From Chara braunii (Eukaryota; Plantae; Charophyceae), in the NCBI GenBank assembly GCA_003427395.1, contig BFEA01000018.1, positions 2,249,722 to 2,313,721 on the forward strand: 64,000 bases of DNA, written 5' to 3'. Shown here piece by piece: positions 1 to 12,100 of the stretch. A model generated the notes under the pieces. The model was not told the origin of the DNA. It saw only the letters and a program-made list of their open reading frames with translations, and ran no database searches. Within the stretch, counting starts at the first letter, position 1. Every line of letters starts with the position of its first letter. The translations under genes and the position numbers were made by a program.

Positions 1-985
1 AAACATATTAGTAATTATTAGTTTCTAAAAGTAGGAAAAAAAATTGAAAGGAACCTAGGACTGAGGCTAGGAGTGTATATTTGTATAATGTATTAAATTA
101 TTTATTTATTTATTTATTTGAATGTATTAAATTATTAATGTGTGTATGACATTTTCGGGCCTCGCTCCACTCTTGACCAAATGTGCAAATTGAGAATGAA
201 ATCTTCCGCTAGAGCCTGGAAGCGTACACCACCATGATATTTTTTTGTCTTTTGTGCATGTTGTGAATGGGTGGAGCGCGGCGCTTCCTTTGACGAATTG
301 TATGCGGCAAGTGGATATAAACAAACTACCCCGAACAAAGCTTTTTTCGTTTCTTTTTCTGTTGTTTTTTTTTTACCCTGACCACAGCTTTCTGATCATA
401 AGCACCTCTCCTCCCCTTTGGGTGAATTTTCTTAGGGCATACTTGCACTAGGAGATTTTTTGGTTGAGCTGAGCTCTGGACCTGATTGGAGCCAGATGCA
501 TCCGGGTCGTGTCCATAATTCTCAAGTCGGGTACATTTCCTCGAAACTGCTAGTGTGAGTAGGGCCGTAGGATGGTAACATCCTTAGGCGGAGACGGGAT
601 AGCGACAGTTGCAGGCGACTCATGTCAGCAATCCAACTGGTGTCCACCTCATCTTCTTCTTCTTCGTCTTCTTCTTCTTCTTCTTCTTTTTTTTTTTTTT
701 TTTTGTTCCCGATCGTCTGTACGGATATAACTGGCTAGTTCATCTGCCAGCTGCGATGCGGGCAGTCATATGCATCACACAACAGGCCGGGCTTCGATCG
801 GTAGACAGCGGCAGTTATGAATCTGTCTCCACCATTGGACTCAATCGACAGCCAGTTAAGATTGGACAAGTGGTTTTGCGGTTTTATGGGCAAGTTGGCA
901 GCAGGCAGGCTCCAGTCAAATGGCAACAGGCTGACATTACAGTTTTTCAGCAGTTGGTTCACCGGACAAGTAGGGATGCTACGAC

Positions 986-1705
986 NNNNNNNNNNNNNNN
1001 NNNNNNNNNNNNNNNNNNNNNNNNNNNNNNNNNNNNNNNNNNNNNNNNNNNNNNNNNNNNNNNNNNNNNNNNNNNNNNNNNNNNNNNNNNNNNNNNNNNN
1101 NNNNNNNNNNNNNNNNNNNNNNNNNNNNNNNNNNNNNNNNNNNNNNNNNNNNNNNNNNNNNNNNNNNNNNNNNNNNNNNNNNNNNNNNNNNNNNNNNNNN
1201 NNNNNNNNNNNNNNNNNNNNNNNNNNNNNNNNNNNNNNNNNNNNNNNNNNNNNNNNNNNNNNNNNNNNNNNNNNNNNNNNNNNNNNNNNNNNNNNNNNNN
1301 NNNNNNNNNNNNNNNNNNNNNNNNNNNNNNNNNNNNNNNNNNNNNNNNNNNNNNNNNNNNNNNNNNNNNNNNNNNNNNNNNNNNNNNNNNNNNNNNNNNN
1401 NNNNNNNNNNNNNNNNNNNNNNNNNNNNNNNNNNNNNNNNNNNNNNNNNNNNNNNNNNNNNNNNNNNNNNNNNNNNNNNNNNNNNNNNNNNNNNNNNNNN
1501 NNNNNNNNNNNNNNNNNNNNNNNNNNNNNNNNNNNNNNNNNNNNNNNNNNNNNNNNNNNNNNNNNNNNNNNNNNNNNNNNNNNNNNNNNNNNNNNNNNNN
1601 NNNNNNNNNNNNNNNNNNNNNNNNNNNNNNNNNNNNNNNNNNNNNNNNNNNNNNNNNNNNNNNNNNNNNNNNNNNNNNNNNNNNNNNNNNNNNNNNNNNN
1701 NNNNN
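986..1705. other. Assembly gap; others at 3350-3464, 6754-6968 and 44964-45002
   Basis: N runs. Confidence 0.99.
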
Positions 1706-1855
1706 TTTTTTTTTCGTGTGTGTGTGTGATTTCTGAAATTCCTTTTTTTTTGTTGGATTCGAACTCAGGTCTGTATTTCAACAGTTCATCGGTGTATCGA
1801 ATTATCAGCTAAGCTAGGCTTGCTGGTAAATCCCCCTATTTACCTTCTTCTACCA

Positions 1856-2186
1856 ACAGTCCCTGTACATAGAACGGCCGGTCATTATCGCTGTATCTAG
1901 ACCAAAGTTGGCCCAAATACAGCTATATTCGGAAGAAGACGGTAGCCCTGTCAGAATATCATTCATCTGTCCTTGGGGGTTATATGTCTGATACTCCCCC
2001 ACTTTTTTTTTTTTTTTTTTTTTTTTTTTTCGATATAGGTGCCGCACAGTAGCTTTCACACCATGTCCGGAATGGACAGGAGTCACAGTACGCGAGCTCA
2101 AACCCCCCTCCAAATCAGGTCTAGATACAGCTATAATGACCAGATACAGCTATTATGATCATGCATTTTATTTCGATGAAGATGGT
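1856..2186. mobile_element. Two degraded fragments of the same MITE family (1856-1944, 2117-2186)
   Basis: Motifs ggtcattatcgctgtatctagac and tctagatacagctataatgacc, both ending gaaga(c/t)ggta. Confidence 0.55.
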
Positions 2187-3691
2187 AACCGGGCCGGGCT
2201 GCACGGGAGACTGCGGAGGCTCGCTCGGGGGCATCTCCTGTGAGCGGACGGGTTGCACAGGAGCATGCAGAGGCCGGCTTGGCCTGGATTTGCTGACATG
2301 ATGCGCAGGTTGCTTCCGAGTCGTGAAATGGTCAACTTTGGGATTTGGAAATGCACCTGACTGTCTTTCCATCCACATTAATCCGCCACTCCTTTCTCGG
2401 CGCGGACTTCTCCGCGGTCGTGCCAGTTTACTTCACTAAATTCATAATCCGATATTTGTATTTATCCCCATTATCCCCGATAGTCGGAATCGTAATTCGT
2501 ACGTCGGTCGGCGTCCGATATCGACGAAATACGCCTTTCAGTGGTGAGCTTGATGGTTCAGTGGTCATCATGAGGAGGTAAGGTTGGTTCAGTGGAAAAC
2601 TGGTACGGTATGCACAGAGGCAGTGCGTGCAGACTTGATGATTGGTTCATCAGACTTCATCTGCATCTGACTGTTTCTCATGACTCTTAATGGAGCTGGT
2701 CAGTGGTCTCCTGTCATGCAGGGATTTTTTTTATTTTATTTTTTGGGTTGTGTAGAGGGGGGTTCACTGGTAGGTTCTGTTACTTCAACCACGAGTACCT
2801 CCGAGCCTCTCTTTCCCAGTGCGGTTTCCCGATGCACCAATGAAAATGAACTGGCGCGGGTGCAATTTTTTTTTATTTTTTTTTTTCACTTTTTTGGCCT
2901 AACACCGCCAGCCGTTTCAGACTGGTAGGCCTGCCCCCCATGGGCAAACACGTTGATGGCACATCGATGGCTGAGAGCGAACGAAATAGCGGGTAAAGAT
3001 ACAGGATGAGTGTGAACGAAATAAGCACAGAAAGATACTGGCAGTGCAAGTATTGCACTCCTCCCAGTACTTCACACATCTGGTTCTTTTGTAGGATCCG
3101 GCACTCCTCCCAGTACTTCACACATTCAGAGAGAGACTGCTGAAGATACTCCATCTGAATGCAGGCAGCTCCAATCTGAATGGTCTTCTGAATGCTCTTC
3201 TGAATGCATTCACTCTTCTGAATGCTCTTCTGAGTGCAGGCAACTCCATCTGAATGCTCTTCTAAAAATAAAATTAAAAAAACAGCGGGGGCCAAACGAA
3301 AGGATGGAGCTGCCTGAGAGACTGCTAGAATGCCCCCTCCTCCCCCCCCNNNNNNNNNNNNNNNNNNNNNNNNNNNNNNNNNNNNNNNNNNNNNNNNNNN
3401 NNNNNNNNNNNNNNNNNNNNNNNNNNNNNNNNNNNNNNNNNNNNNNNNNNNNNNNNNNNNNNNNGGTAAAGGCTATCCCCTTTTCTGGAGATGCCTTATG
3501 CGCTTGAACCCATGCTTGCCGGTGACATGTATCCGGACTGATGCCCCCCCGGAATAGAAGGGGCTTCGTGTTAAAAAAAAAAAAAGGAAGAAAGGATGGG
3601 GCTGCTCTCGATGTCCTAACAGCCTGCTTAAGACTGCTCTCGCTGTCCTAACAGCCTGCTTAAGACTGACAGCGAGAGAATTAGTCTTCTA

Positions 3692-3799
3692 CCTTCTTCC
3701 CCCGAATACAACGTAGGGTCATTATAGCGGTATTTGAGGCATCTTTCAGTCTAGATACAGCTATAATGACCGTACTACGTTGTATTCGGGGGAAGAAGC
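3692..3799. mobile_element. Same MITE family
   Basis: tcttcccccgaatacaacgta...tacgttgtattcgggggaaga, flanked by TA. Confidence 0.85.
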
Positions 3800-5216
3800 T
3801 AGGCTGTCCAACGTTGATACAGAGACGACAAGGGCGGGGCAGGCCCTGCTGTGTATGCCAGGTTAATTCTGTAAAGACATGAACCTGGTCATGTTTGTGA
3901 TCAGATTCATGCCTTTCAAGCCCGAACAGAGCACCCACTAGACCGGTACTGTAGCCTACCCGTAAGGGTCGGGCGCCACACGGTGTCACTGTCATCTCAT
4001 GCTTTTTTATCCTATGATGAAAGCGTGAACCTGTCCACGTCTTTGATGGTTGGGTTCACACATTCAGAGCATGAATGTGGCCCATGTTTAAGGTTGTGTT
4101 CAGGCATTCTGAGTGCAAACCTTCCCACGTGTGCCGTGCCGTCAGGTTGACATCTACGGTAGAGTGAAGCCATGTCTGTCACGTGTCTGCCCATGTGTAC
4201 AGCCAGGCCAGTCACATGGCCGCATGAAGCTAGTGAGCCAGGCCATATGCGTCTACTTCTCTTGTATGTTAGAGGACAGCCATGGGATTGCGAAAACATT
4301 TTCCAGCTGTAAACCATCCCCTCGCGTGGTAGTATGGTTTAAAAAAAAAAAAAAAAAAAAGCGTCTGCAACGGGATGGACATGCAGTTTGCTAAAAAGTC
4401 GTCGAATGTCAGTCAGTGTGTGGGGCCTATGGGCCTCGCAGCCCCACTGCCGAAACGAAAAGAAAAAAGCACGAGTGCATCTGCCTCAAAAAGTGGCGAG
4501 ATGCATCTGTTGCTATTCATAGGAACGGATGCATCTTGCCACTTTCTGCATGAAGATGCAGTTGAACGTCTTCCGTTTCCACGACGGTGTGGCGAGACCC
4601 TATCATTGCCTGCACCCTCTTTCCTTTCTTCTGCTCTCTCATCTTCATTAGGAGAGGGAGGAGAGGATCTCCTTGGCCCTGATGCCGATGACCACTGTCC
4701 GGTCAGGCCACCACTACCGTCTTCACTCGAAGAGAACGCCCAGTCAATATAGCTGCCTTTGGCCCAACTTGCAGTCCAGATGCAGCGATAATGACAGGGC
4801 GTTCTATTCGGGTGAAGACTGTAGAAAAGGGTGATGATCCTGGGCGGTGAAAACACTACGCTCAAAAAAAAAAAAAAAAAAAAGAAGAAGAAGAAGAAGA
4901 AGAAGAAAACACTACGCTACGGCCTTGGGAGTAGGGATGCGCCTGGAACAGTGATGATGAGTAAGGTTGCGAGGGAGTCTCATAGGGGCCCTGAACAGAA
5001 AAAAAAAAATCATCTGGGTGATCAATTGGCCAACTGCTGAAGGGACTGTCATATGCCAGGTGGCTCGCATCTACAACAACCTGAACTGCAAAAAAACCAA
5101 CGAACGACGTATGTGCCTAAATTGCCAAAACATTTTCCAGCTGTGAACCGTAGGCATCTACTGTTATGCTGGCAGGTGGCTTTCTCAGTTACATTTCCTG
5201 ATTCCCTTCTGTGTAT

Positions 5217-5367
5217 GAGGGACGCTGGACCCGCTTTTCCAGCAGGTGATGCTGCCTACCATAGATAGATGGAGCCTCTTCCCAAGTGCTAGGGCTGCCT
5301 GCTTTTACCAGCAGAACTAGTACTTCAGGGGTTGTTGTTTGAAAAAAAAAAAAAAAAAAAAAAAAAG
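5217..5367 (+). mobile_element. Short LINE 3' end with hairpin and poly(A)
   Basis: gggacgctggaccc...gatggagcctc matches the reverse complement of 7065-7120, followed by a long A run. Confidence 0.75.
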
Positions 5368-5804
5368 GTGTCTACTCAGACTCTACTGTTATGCGTTCGA
5401 AGGGTGAACGTGCGGTTGCCGAAAACTTGTCAGATGTGTGAGTGTATCATTCTCTTTTTTTGGGGGGCAGCACACTCTTTCCTTGGTTTTCCTGTCTGGC
5501 AAAACAAAAAAAAAAAGAAAACAAAGGTGCAGCGAAAAAAAAAAAGAATGAGAGAGCAGAGCATCTTGGATGTGTTCTGCAACAACCGATATTATCAGAA
5601 TCGTCTTGGAGGTTTTCTGCAAAACATAGGAAGCATAACAAGCAGGCATGAGCGGATCGTGGATTCTCAAGTCGTGGGCTCGATAGTGACATAGACTTGG
5701 AAAGCATGAATTCAGATGTCGCTCGTACCATGGCTCACATCATACTTCCATGCATCCACTTAAGGTAAAGTCGTTTCGCAAGGGATGACCCCCCCGTAAG
5801 GGAT

Positions 5805-5836
<32 letters not shown>

Positions 5837-6669
5837 GGGTGTTGCAAGCACCCATCAGGTAACTGCTCAATGCTCTGCGAGAACAGGGATTCTTGAAAGG
5901 AGACTTTATATCCACAATGTCTGTTTCACGCTAAAGTTGGAATGAGCTAGGTTTGTGCACTTGAGGATTTGGAAGGAGGGTGGAAGGAAGGGTAAGCTCA
6001 TGTCAGTATCCACAAGATCGCCAATCAGAAAGTCGACAACAGAACTTTCAAATTTCATTGTTGACCATATGTATGGACTCGATCAACAAAGAAAACAGAC
6101 AGAGAGAATAAATGTGAGAGAGAGAGAGAGAGAGTTTGGGGGGGGGGGGGGGGGGGGGGGGAGAAGTGAAAAGTGAGAGGAAAAGCACTCAAGTGGTGCA
6201 GTTGGTGGCTTTAGGTCCGTTTAGGATACTACAAAAAAATTGAGAAAATGCATTTTTTTTGCTTTTTTTTTTTAAAGGGAAGTACGTTCATGTCACATCA
6301 GAGTTTCTAATTGGCAAAAAAACAAACATGAGCCAGCAACTTTGTCATGCCCCAAGTTCGAAAAAGCGGTTGTAACTCAGGCCGGCAGTGGCGCCACCAT
6401 GGTAGTTCTCCCTAATGGCACTTGTGACAACCAGTCCGTTCCCGGACCGTCCCATATTTTTCATTTATGGTACTGGTTATTTCAGGGTACTGGCCCGTCC
6501 CACTTGTTTTTGGGCAGAGGACGGGGACTGGTTACCGGCCTTGTTCAAAAAAGCGGATATTTTGCATTGCTGGAGACAGGCGGCACCCGTTCGTGCCCCC
6601 ACTGTTCATCATCCCTACCGGTTGAACCGCCCCCCACTTAGTACTGCCTCCGAGCCCACGTGTGACGCA

Positions 6670-6753
<84 letters not shown>

Positions 6754-6977
6754 NNNNNNNNNNNNNNNNNNNNNNNNNNNNNNNNNNNNNNNNNNNNNNN
6801 NNNNNNNNNNNNNNNNNNNNNNNNNNNNNNNNNNNNNNNNNNNNNNNNNNNNNNNNNNNNNNNNNNNNNNNNNNNNNNNNNNNNNNNNNNNNNNNNNNNN
6901 NNNNNNNNNNNNNNNNNNNNNNNNNNNNNNNNNNNNNNNNNNNNNNNNNNNNNNNNNNNNNNNNNNNNAACAGATGA

Positions 6978-7810
6978 TTTTTTTTTTTTTTTTTTTTTTT
7001 AAACACACGCCCCCACCAGTGTTAGTGCTGCTGATAAGAGCAGACACCACTAACACCTGGGGAGAGGCTCCATCTATTGGTGGGGAGCATCACCTGCTGG
7101 GAAATGGGTCCAGCGTCCCATTAACAGGAAGAAGAATGTCTGAGAATGTCTGAAAAAGGAGAACTGAGACTGTGGGGCCTGCCAGCATTGATTGCCCTAC
7201 AAGCGAGGGGATTGACTGGGCAGGCCTGTGTGAAGGAAAGTGTGTTATAACCAGATTACTCTGCATGCCCTAACCTCAGCCCCGAGCCAACCTGGCCTCA
7301 CTATCTCGCTATCCTCTTGAGAAAGATTGCAGGTATTTAAAGACCATGACATGGTTGTCGTCTGTATCTCTTCACCCGCAGCTGAGGGCGCCAGATAGAC
7401 CTGCAAATCCAATACTGTTCGCTGCCTACTCCCTCCAAGCCTGCTGTCCTAGGTAAAGAAAAGATGGCGGAGTCCTCTCCCCAGGGGGCACCAGGGAGAA
7501 AGACCGCGTAAAGGCACAGATCTAGAAAGACTCAGAAGGGATCTTGTCATCAGGTTTTCATAGTCAGGACAGGGTTTCCACCAGGGACAAGGCATGGGGT
7601 GGGAAGGGGTCCGGGAAATCCGAGGAAGGGTGTAGTGGAAACGAGGGCTCTATGTTAGTCCAGTCCTTAAAGACTAAACGGTAGTCTCTTATTTCTTCCA
7701 GGTCCCGCAGATCCCCTCCTCTGTCACCGCTCCACTCTACTTTTGTGATCCATCCCTCTCTTTCTCCCCCTACCCAGTCTGTGCAAAATGCTGTTATTCG
7801 TCTCCTGGCG
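6978..7810 (-). mobile_element. 5'-truncated LINE of the same family with poly(A) tail
   Basis: Poly(T) at 6978-7000. 7011-7122 is homologous to 9117-9229. The minus strand encodes RITAFCTDWVGG..WITKVEW..RDYRLVFKDWTN, homologous to 9480-9630. Confidence 0.8.
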
Positions 7811-8357
7811 TCAGAAATGAAATGAACGGAAGTATGAAGAAAAAAAAAGACTAAGGGTCTCGTTAGGCACTCCTAAAAGAATCCTAAAATTTTTAGGACG
7901 AGTCCTAAAGGATTTTTAGGATTTTCGTGCAGCGTTACACGCAATCCTAAAAGTCATCTTTTAGGATTCGTCCTAAAAGGTCTCCCGCGACCGGTTTTCA
8001 TATGCGTATACGCAGCCGCGTCGCCAATGTCCGTCCAATCTCCGCCAACGGCTACCGTTCGTGGCCGTTGCCCTTGTCGACCCGCAGAAAACCTCCGATG
8101 TCCGACCACTGACTGCACCAGCAACTCCGTGTCGATGGTGCCATGCGCACGACGCAACGAGTCCGTGAAACGTGGGAATCCTAAATTTTTCAGTAGGTTG
8201 GGGGCTACTGGAAAATTTAGGATGATTTTGCCTAGGGAATCCTGAATCCTTTACGACTCGTCCTAACGCCGTTTTCACATTTTCGATCTCAAGATGTTTT
8301 TCAACAAAATATGATAGATTTTTAAAAGACTATCAAAAAAATACGACAATAGAAAGG

Positions 8358-8400
8358 TCTCTAGTAGCTCAGTGGTTAGAGCAAATGGCTGTTAAGTGCG
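8358..8400 (+). pseudogene. trnN: 5' half of an organelle-type tRNA-Asn(GUU) followed by a group II intron 5' end (probable NUMT fragment)
   Basis: TCTCTAG TA GCTC AGTGGTTA GAGC A AATGG CT GTT AA | GTGCG: acceptor 5' strand, D arm and anticodon GTT, then the group II 5' consensus GUGYG. No 3' half present. Confidence 0.75.
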
Positions 8401-8698
8401 TCAATTTTGACTTCTTTGCGGAGGATGTAGTTTGAACTACGACATTGTTCAGAACATGTCTAAAACAATACCAGTGGTTAGAGCAAATGGCTGTTAAGTG
8501 CATCGATTTTGACTTCTTTGCGGAGGATGTAGTTTGAACTACGACATTGTTCAGAACAGAACTACGACATTGTTCAGAACATGTCTAAAACAATACCAGT
8601 GGTTAGAGCAAATGGCTGTTAAGTGCATCGATTTTGACTTCTTTGCGGAGGATGTAGTTTGAACTACGACATTGTTCAGAACATGTCTAAAACAATAC
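8370..8698 (+). repeat. Three tandem copies of a ~102-bp unit (tRNA half plus intron start)
   Basis: cagtggttagagcaaatggctgttaagtgc starts at 8370, 8472 and 8597. The second unit has a 23-bp internal duplication. Confidence 0.9.
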
Positions 8699-9104
8699 CT
8701 TACCTTATCCCAAGAGGCTCGACTCTTGCGAGAGCCGCGTGCAACCAAGACGCAATCCTAAAAACAGGCACTTTTAGGATTGTCTAACGAGACCCTAAGT
8801 ATAAGTTGAAGATCTGAAGTGAAATGAACAAGAGTATGAAAGCCTGAAGAGAAATGCACAAGAGCATACCTTCCTTGTTACTCTGCCTCCTGAAATAACG
8901 TGCAAGTGGGTCGTGAAGGCACACGGGGATGTGGGATGCTGCCGCTCAACCACAATCAGCATGGGCAGCCTTGTACGTAAGAGGCACAGTAAAACTGGAG
9001 TTGCAAGAACAAATGGAAGGGGTACTCCAAGGACAACCAATGAACTGTCTAATTATAAAATTGCTTTAATATGTTGGACTGTCACATCTCAAAATCTCAG
9101 ATGC

Positions 9105-12100
9105 TTTTTTCAACAGCCCCACCAGCTGCTAGGGGTGCTGATAAGAGCAGACACCACTGGCACCATCGGCGAGGCTCCATCTATTGGTGGGGAGCAGCAC
9201 CTGCTGGAAACCGGGTCCAGCGTCCCATTGATACATCTTTGCTGAGAAACAGGCTCAGCGTCCTTTAGAAGTACATAAATGAAAGATAAGGAAAACCATG
9301 ATCATGCGACAGTCCGGGAAAGACCCTGTTGCTGGAAACCAGATCTAGAGTCCTGCCCTTCTCCTGACCGGCGGCCAGGCTCAAGGAAAAGGAAGGAGCC
9401 ACTGGGGGGCACCAGTGGGAACCTCCTTCCATTTACTCGCCGGGCAACTAGACATCTTCCAAACTGATCGAGACGTCAAGCGGGCAATCACGAGCTTTTG
9501 CACAGAGTGGCTGGGAGGACACAGGGGGGATTGGATAGCGCGGGTTGAGTGGGGAGGTGACCAGGCTCTACCATTGGGACAGGGCCCCCCTAGGGACTAT
9601 TGTCTCGTTTTCAACGATTGGACCAACATTAAGCCTAATTTGCGGAGGAGGCCCCTGATTTCCCAGATCCTTTCCCGCCCCATCCCCTCTCCCTAATGGA
9701 AATCCCAGATTGACCACAAACCTGTCCCCCCTGGGTGCCCCCCCGGGGGTGGACACAGCGATCACACGAGGAGGCTACATACTTCCCGAGACCGTCAAAC
9801 GCCTGGAACTAAGCCTGGAACTAGGAGAGCAAGTTGAAGCTTGATGGAGGCTACATACTTCCCAATACCGTCGAAGGCCTGGAACTTGACGTCTGACGCC
9901 CAACAACAGGGTGAAGAGGTTCCTGAAAAAAGAATATGAGTGTGGTCTTGGTAGGATTGTAGACTCTATAGGCTGGCTCAAGTTTGTTCTCAGACTTCCT
10001 TCGACCGAAGACACACGGTGTATATTTTTCATGGGATGCTGGCCCCGACTCTCTTTTATCTGCCCTGTCAGCTCGGGGCCCTCTACTCTGACCCCTTCCA
10101 GTGCTGAAGTGCAGCGCTGCCACCAGAGTGCCCATAGCATTGTCCGTCTGCCCAGTCTGTACAGGTTGTCTGCAAAGGTGGATGCTTGTGCCAGTATCGG
10201 GCAATGTCCTGCCAAGACCATGGCCAGGGTGTTTCTGATGTCATCCTCCGCCAGATTAGGTCCCACCATCGCCATGTCAGCAGAGCTACCGGACATTGCA
10301 TAAAGATATGTTCGATAGTCTCATTCCTTTTCTGTGAAGGGAAGGCTGTGAGGCACCTCTGGCACCATGGAAGTGCTCTTCCTTTTTGTTCCAGGTGGGT
10401 GTGGTCAATCAGCCAGGCATTTGTTGGCAGACAGTGGTGAGCGGTCCGCCACTGCAAGGAAGCAGTTTTTGCCGGTCTTACCTTGTTTTCTCCAAACCAT
10501 TTAATCAGCGTAAGGAGAGATCTGTCCAAGTTTAACTGTCTGGCCCATCTGTCGATAATTATATCCCTAATCGCTTTTTTGGGTCGGAGCATCTTATACA
10601 TGAAGCAGACGGATAGGTATGGAGCAGTGAGGTGTTCATCTTGTAGAAGTCCGGCCCTTGGTCCGCTCTTTTTCTGAGAGTTGGTGCGACCATACACATC
10701 TTATGATCCAGGCCCAGGTAGGTTAGAGAGCCGGAGCTGGTTGTTGCTTCGAAGGCATGTAAAGGTGCGTTATGTGGGGAAGGTGCGTTCGAAGGTGTCG
10801 AAGAGGGAGAGGGAGCCACATAATCAATTAATCATTTCTTCATCCTTTTCCACCTGTCGCACAGTAGAAGGGGGTCATCGATCCGGGGCTGCATTGAAGT
10901 TCCCTGCCAAGATGACTCGGATGCCTTGCGGTATTTTACATTGAATTGCTTCGAAGAGCTCCTCCCTCTCTCGTGCAGTATTGGGTGCGTAGATGCAAAA
11001 TATACATATCACTTCCAACTCCAATGCCCCTAATATCGAGACCCAAACCCCTCCTGCCGATCGCTTTCCCAGTGCAGTACCTCTAGGCGAGAGTCTGGGG
11101 GCACCCAAATTGCTGTTTCGGCCTTTGCCGGGCTCGGTGCATGTGCTTGATATGCCTGAAAAGGCCAGGTTGCCTTATGCGCCCTGTTGTGCTCCGGTGC
11201 GTCCAACAAATGTGTTTCCTGAACACAAACCGCATCTGGCCAGTTTCGGCTTTCGGCCTCCCACCCCCCTGAGAAGATCCCAAATTGTGGGTGGTCAGAT
11301 CATTGACGTTAATTAGACCGGAGATCCAGGTTTGTGCTCCGAAGGGTGCACCTCCAGGTTCAATTACGACCGTAAATAGCGTCGATCCAGTCCATCATGG
11401 TTGCCAGCCTTGTTCCAGGTCCAGATATTTATGCTTACAACGGGTGCCATGAGTGCAGGTTCCATGCTATTCCATCATTAACTATACTCTTCCGGATCAT
11501 GGAGCACAGGCAAGTAAGAATCTTTGTGTCAAAACAAGTATGATTGGGTTTCACTTTATTTTGCTGCAGATCCAGCAGCGAGATGTGAGAGGCCCATACC
11601 AAGTCCACTTCTTTCCTTTCATCAACGAGGACATTTTGATCATTGTCGGCAATCCTACCAGAGTCGGAACCTACTCTGATCATGTCCTTCGCCCCTGGTT
11701 CATAGTGATCGTTGATGAAGTCCTTCACGTCTTTCACTTTGAAAGTGCCCCATCCCTCCCCATTTTGCTGCAGTCTCCAGCCATGTAAAGTGACCGCCCC
11801 CCGGCAGGGGGCGTCATCCTCAGCTGGGGAAAGACCCACCTCCCTTTGGTTGTTCTTTTTTCGAATTGGGTGTCTCCCATGGGAAGAGGGTCCTGCATCA
11901 ACCCTTTTTCAATAAGGTGTTGCAGGCGTGGTCGGCGTGGCATCTCCCGCTCCCTGTCACCTTGATCAGTCGATTGCGTGCTTGGTGAAGGCTCTTGCTG
12001 GGAAGGGGTTACGGGGGAGGGGTCATTCGCTGGAGGGTTTACCGAAGTGGCAATGATATCCTTGGGTTGGCCTGTGTCTGTTCCTTTTTGGGGGGGGGTG

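Larger units (their letters stand above)
7855..8795. mobile_element. PIF/Harbinger-type non-autonomous element (Tourist-like)
   Basis: 25-bp TIRs GGGTCTCGTTAG(G/A)CA(C/A)TCCTAAAAG with 2 mismatches. TAA at 7852-7854 and 8796-8798. Many subterminal tcctaaa/tttagga motifs. Confidence 0.88.

Noticed and set aside
609-1812. Long ORFs of 331-375 aa
   Set aside because: They run through the N gap and are artefacts.
4375-5765. Possible exons of a second gene (4413-4865 -, about 5650-5764 +)
   Set aside because: No recognisable domain or consistent exon chain.
7025-7045. Hammerhead ribozyme (ctgataaga)
   Set aside because: Lacks the CUGANGA/GAAA core arrangement. Explained by the LINE 3' hairpin on the other strand.
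8370-8698. CRISPR-like array
   Set aside because: Whole units are repeated with no unique spacers, the context is eukaryotic and there are no cas genes.
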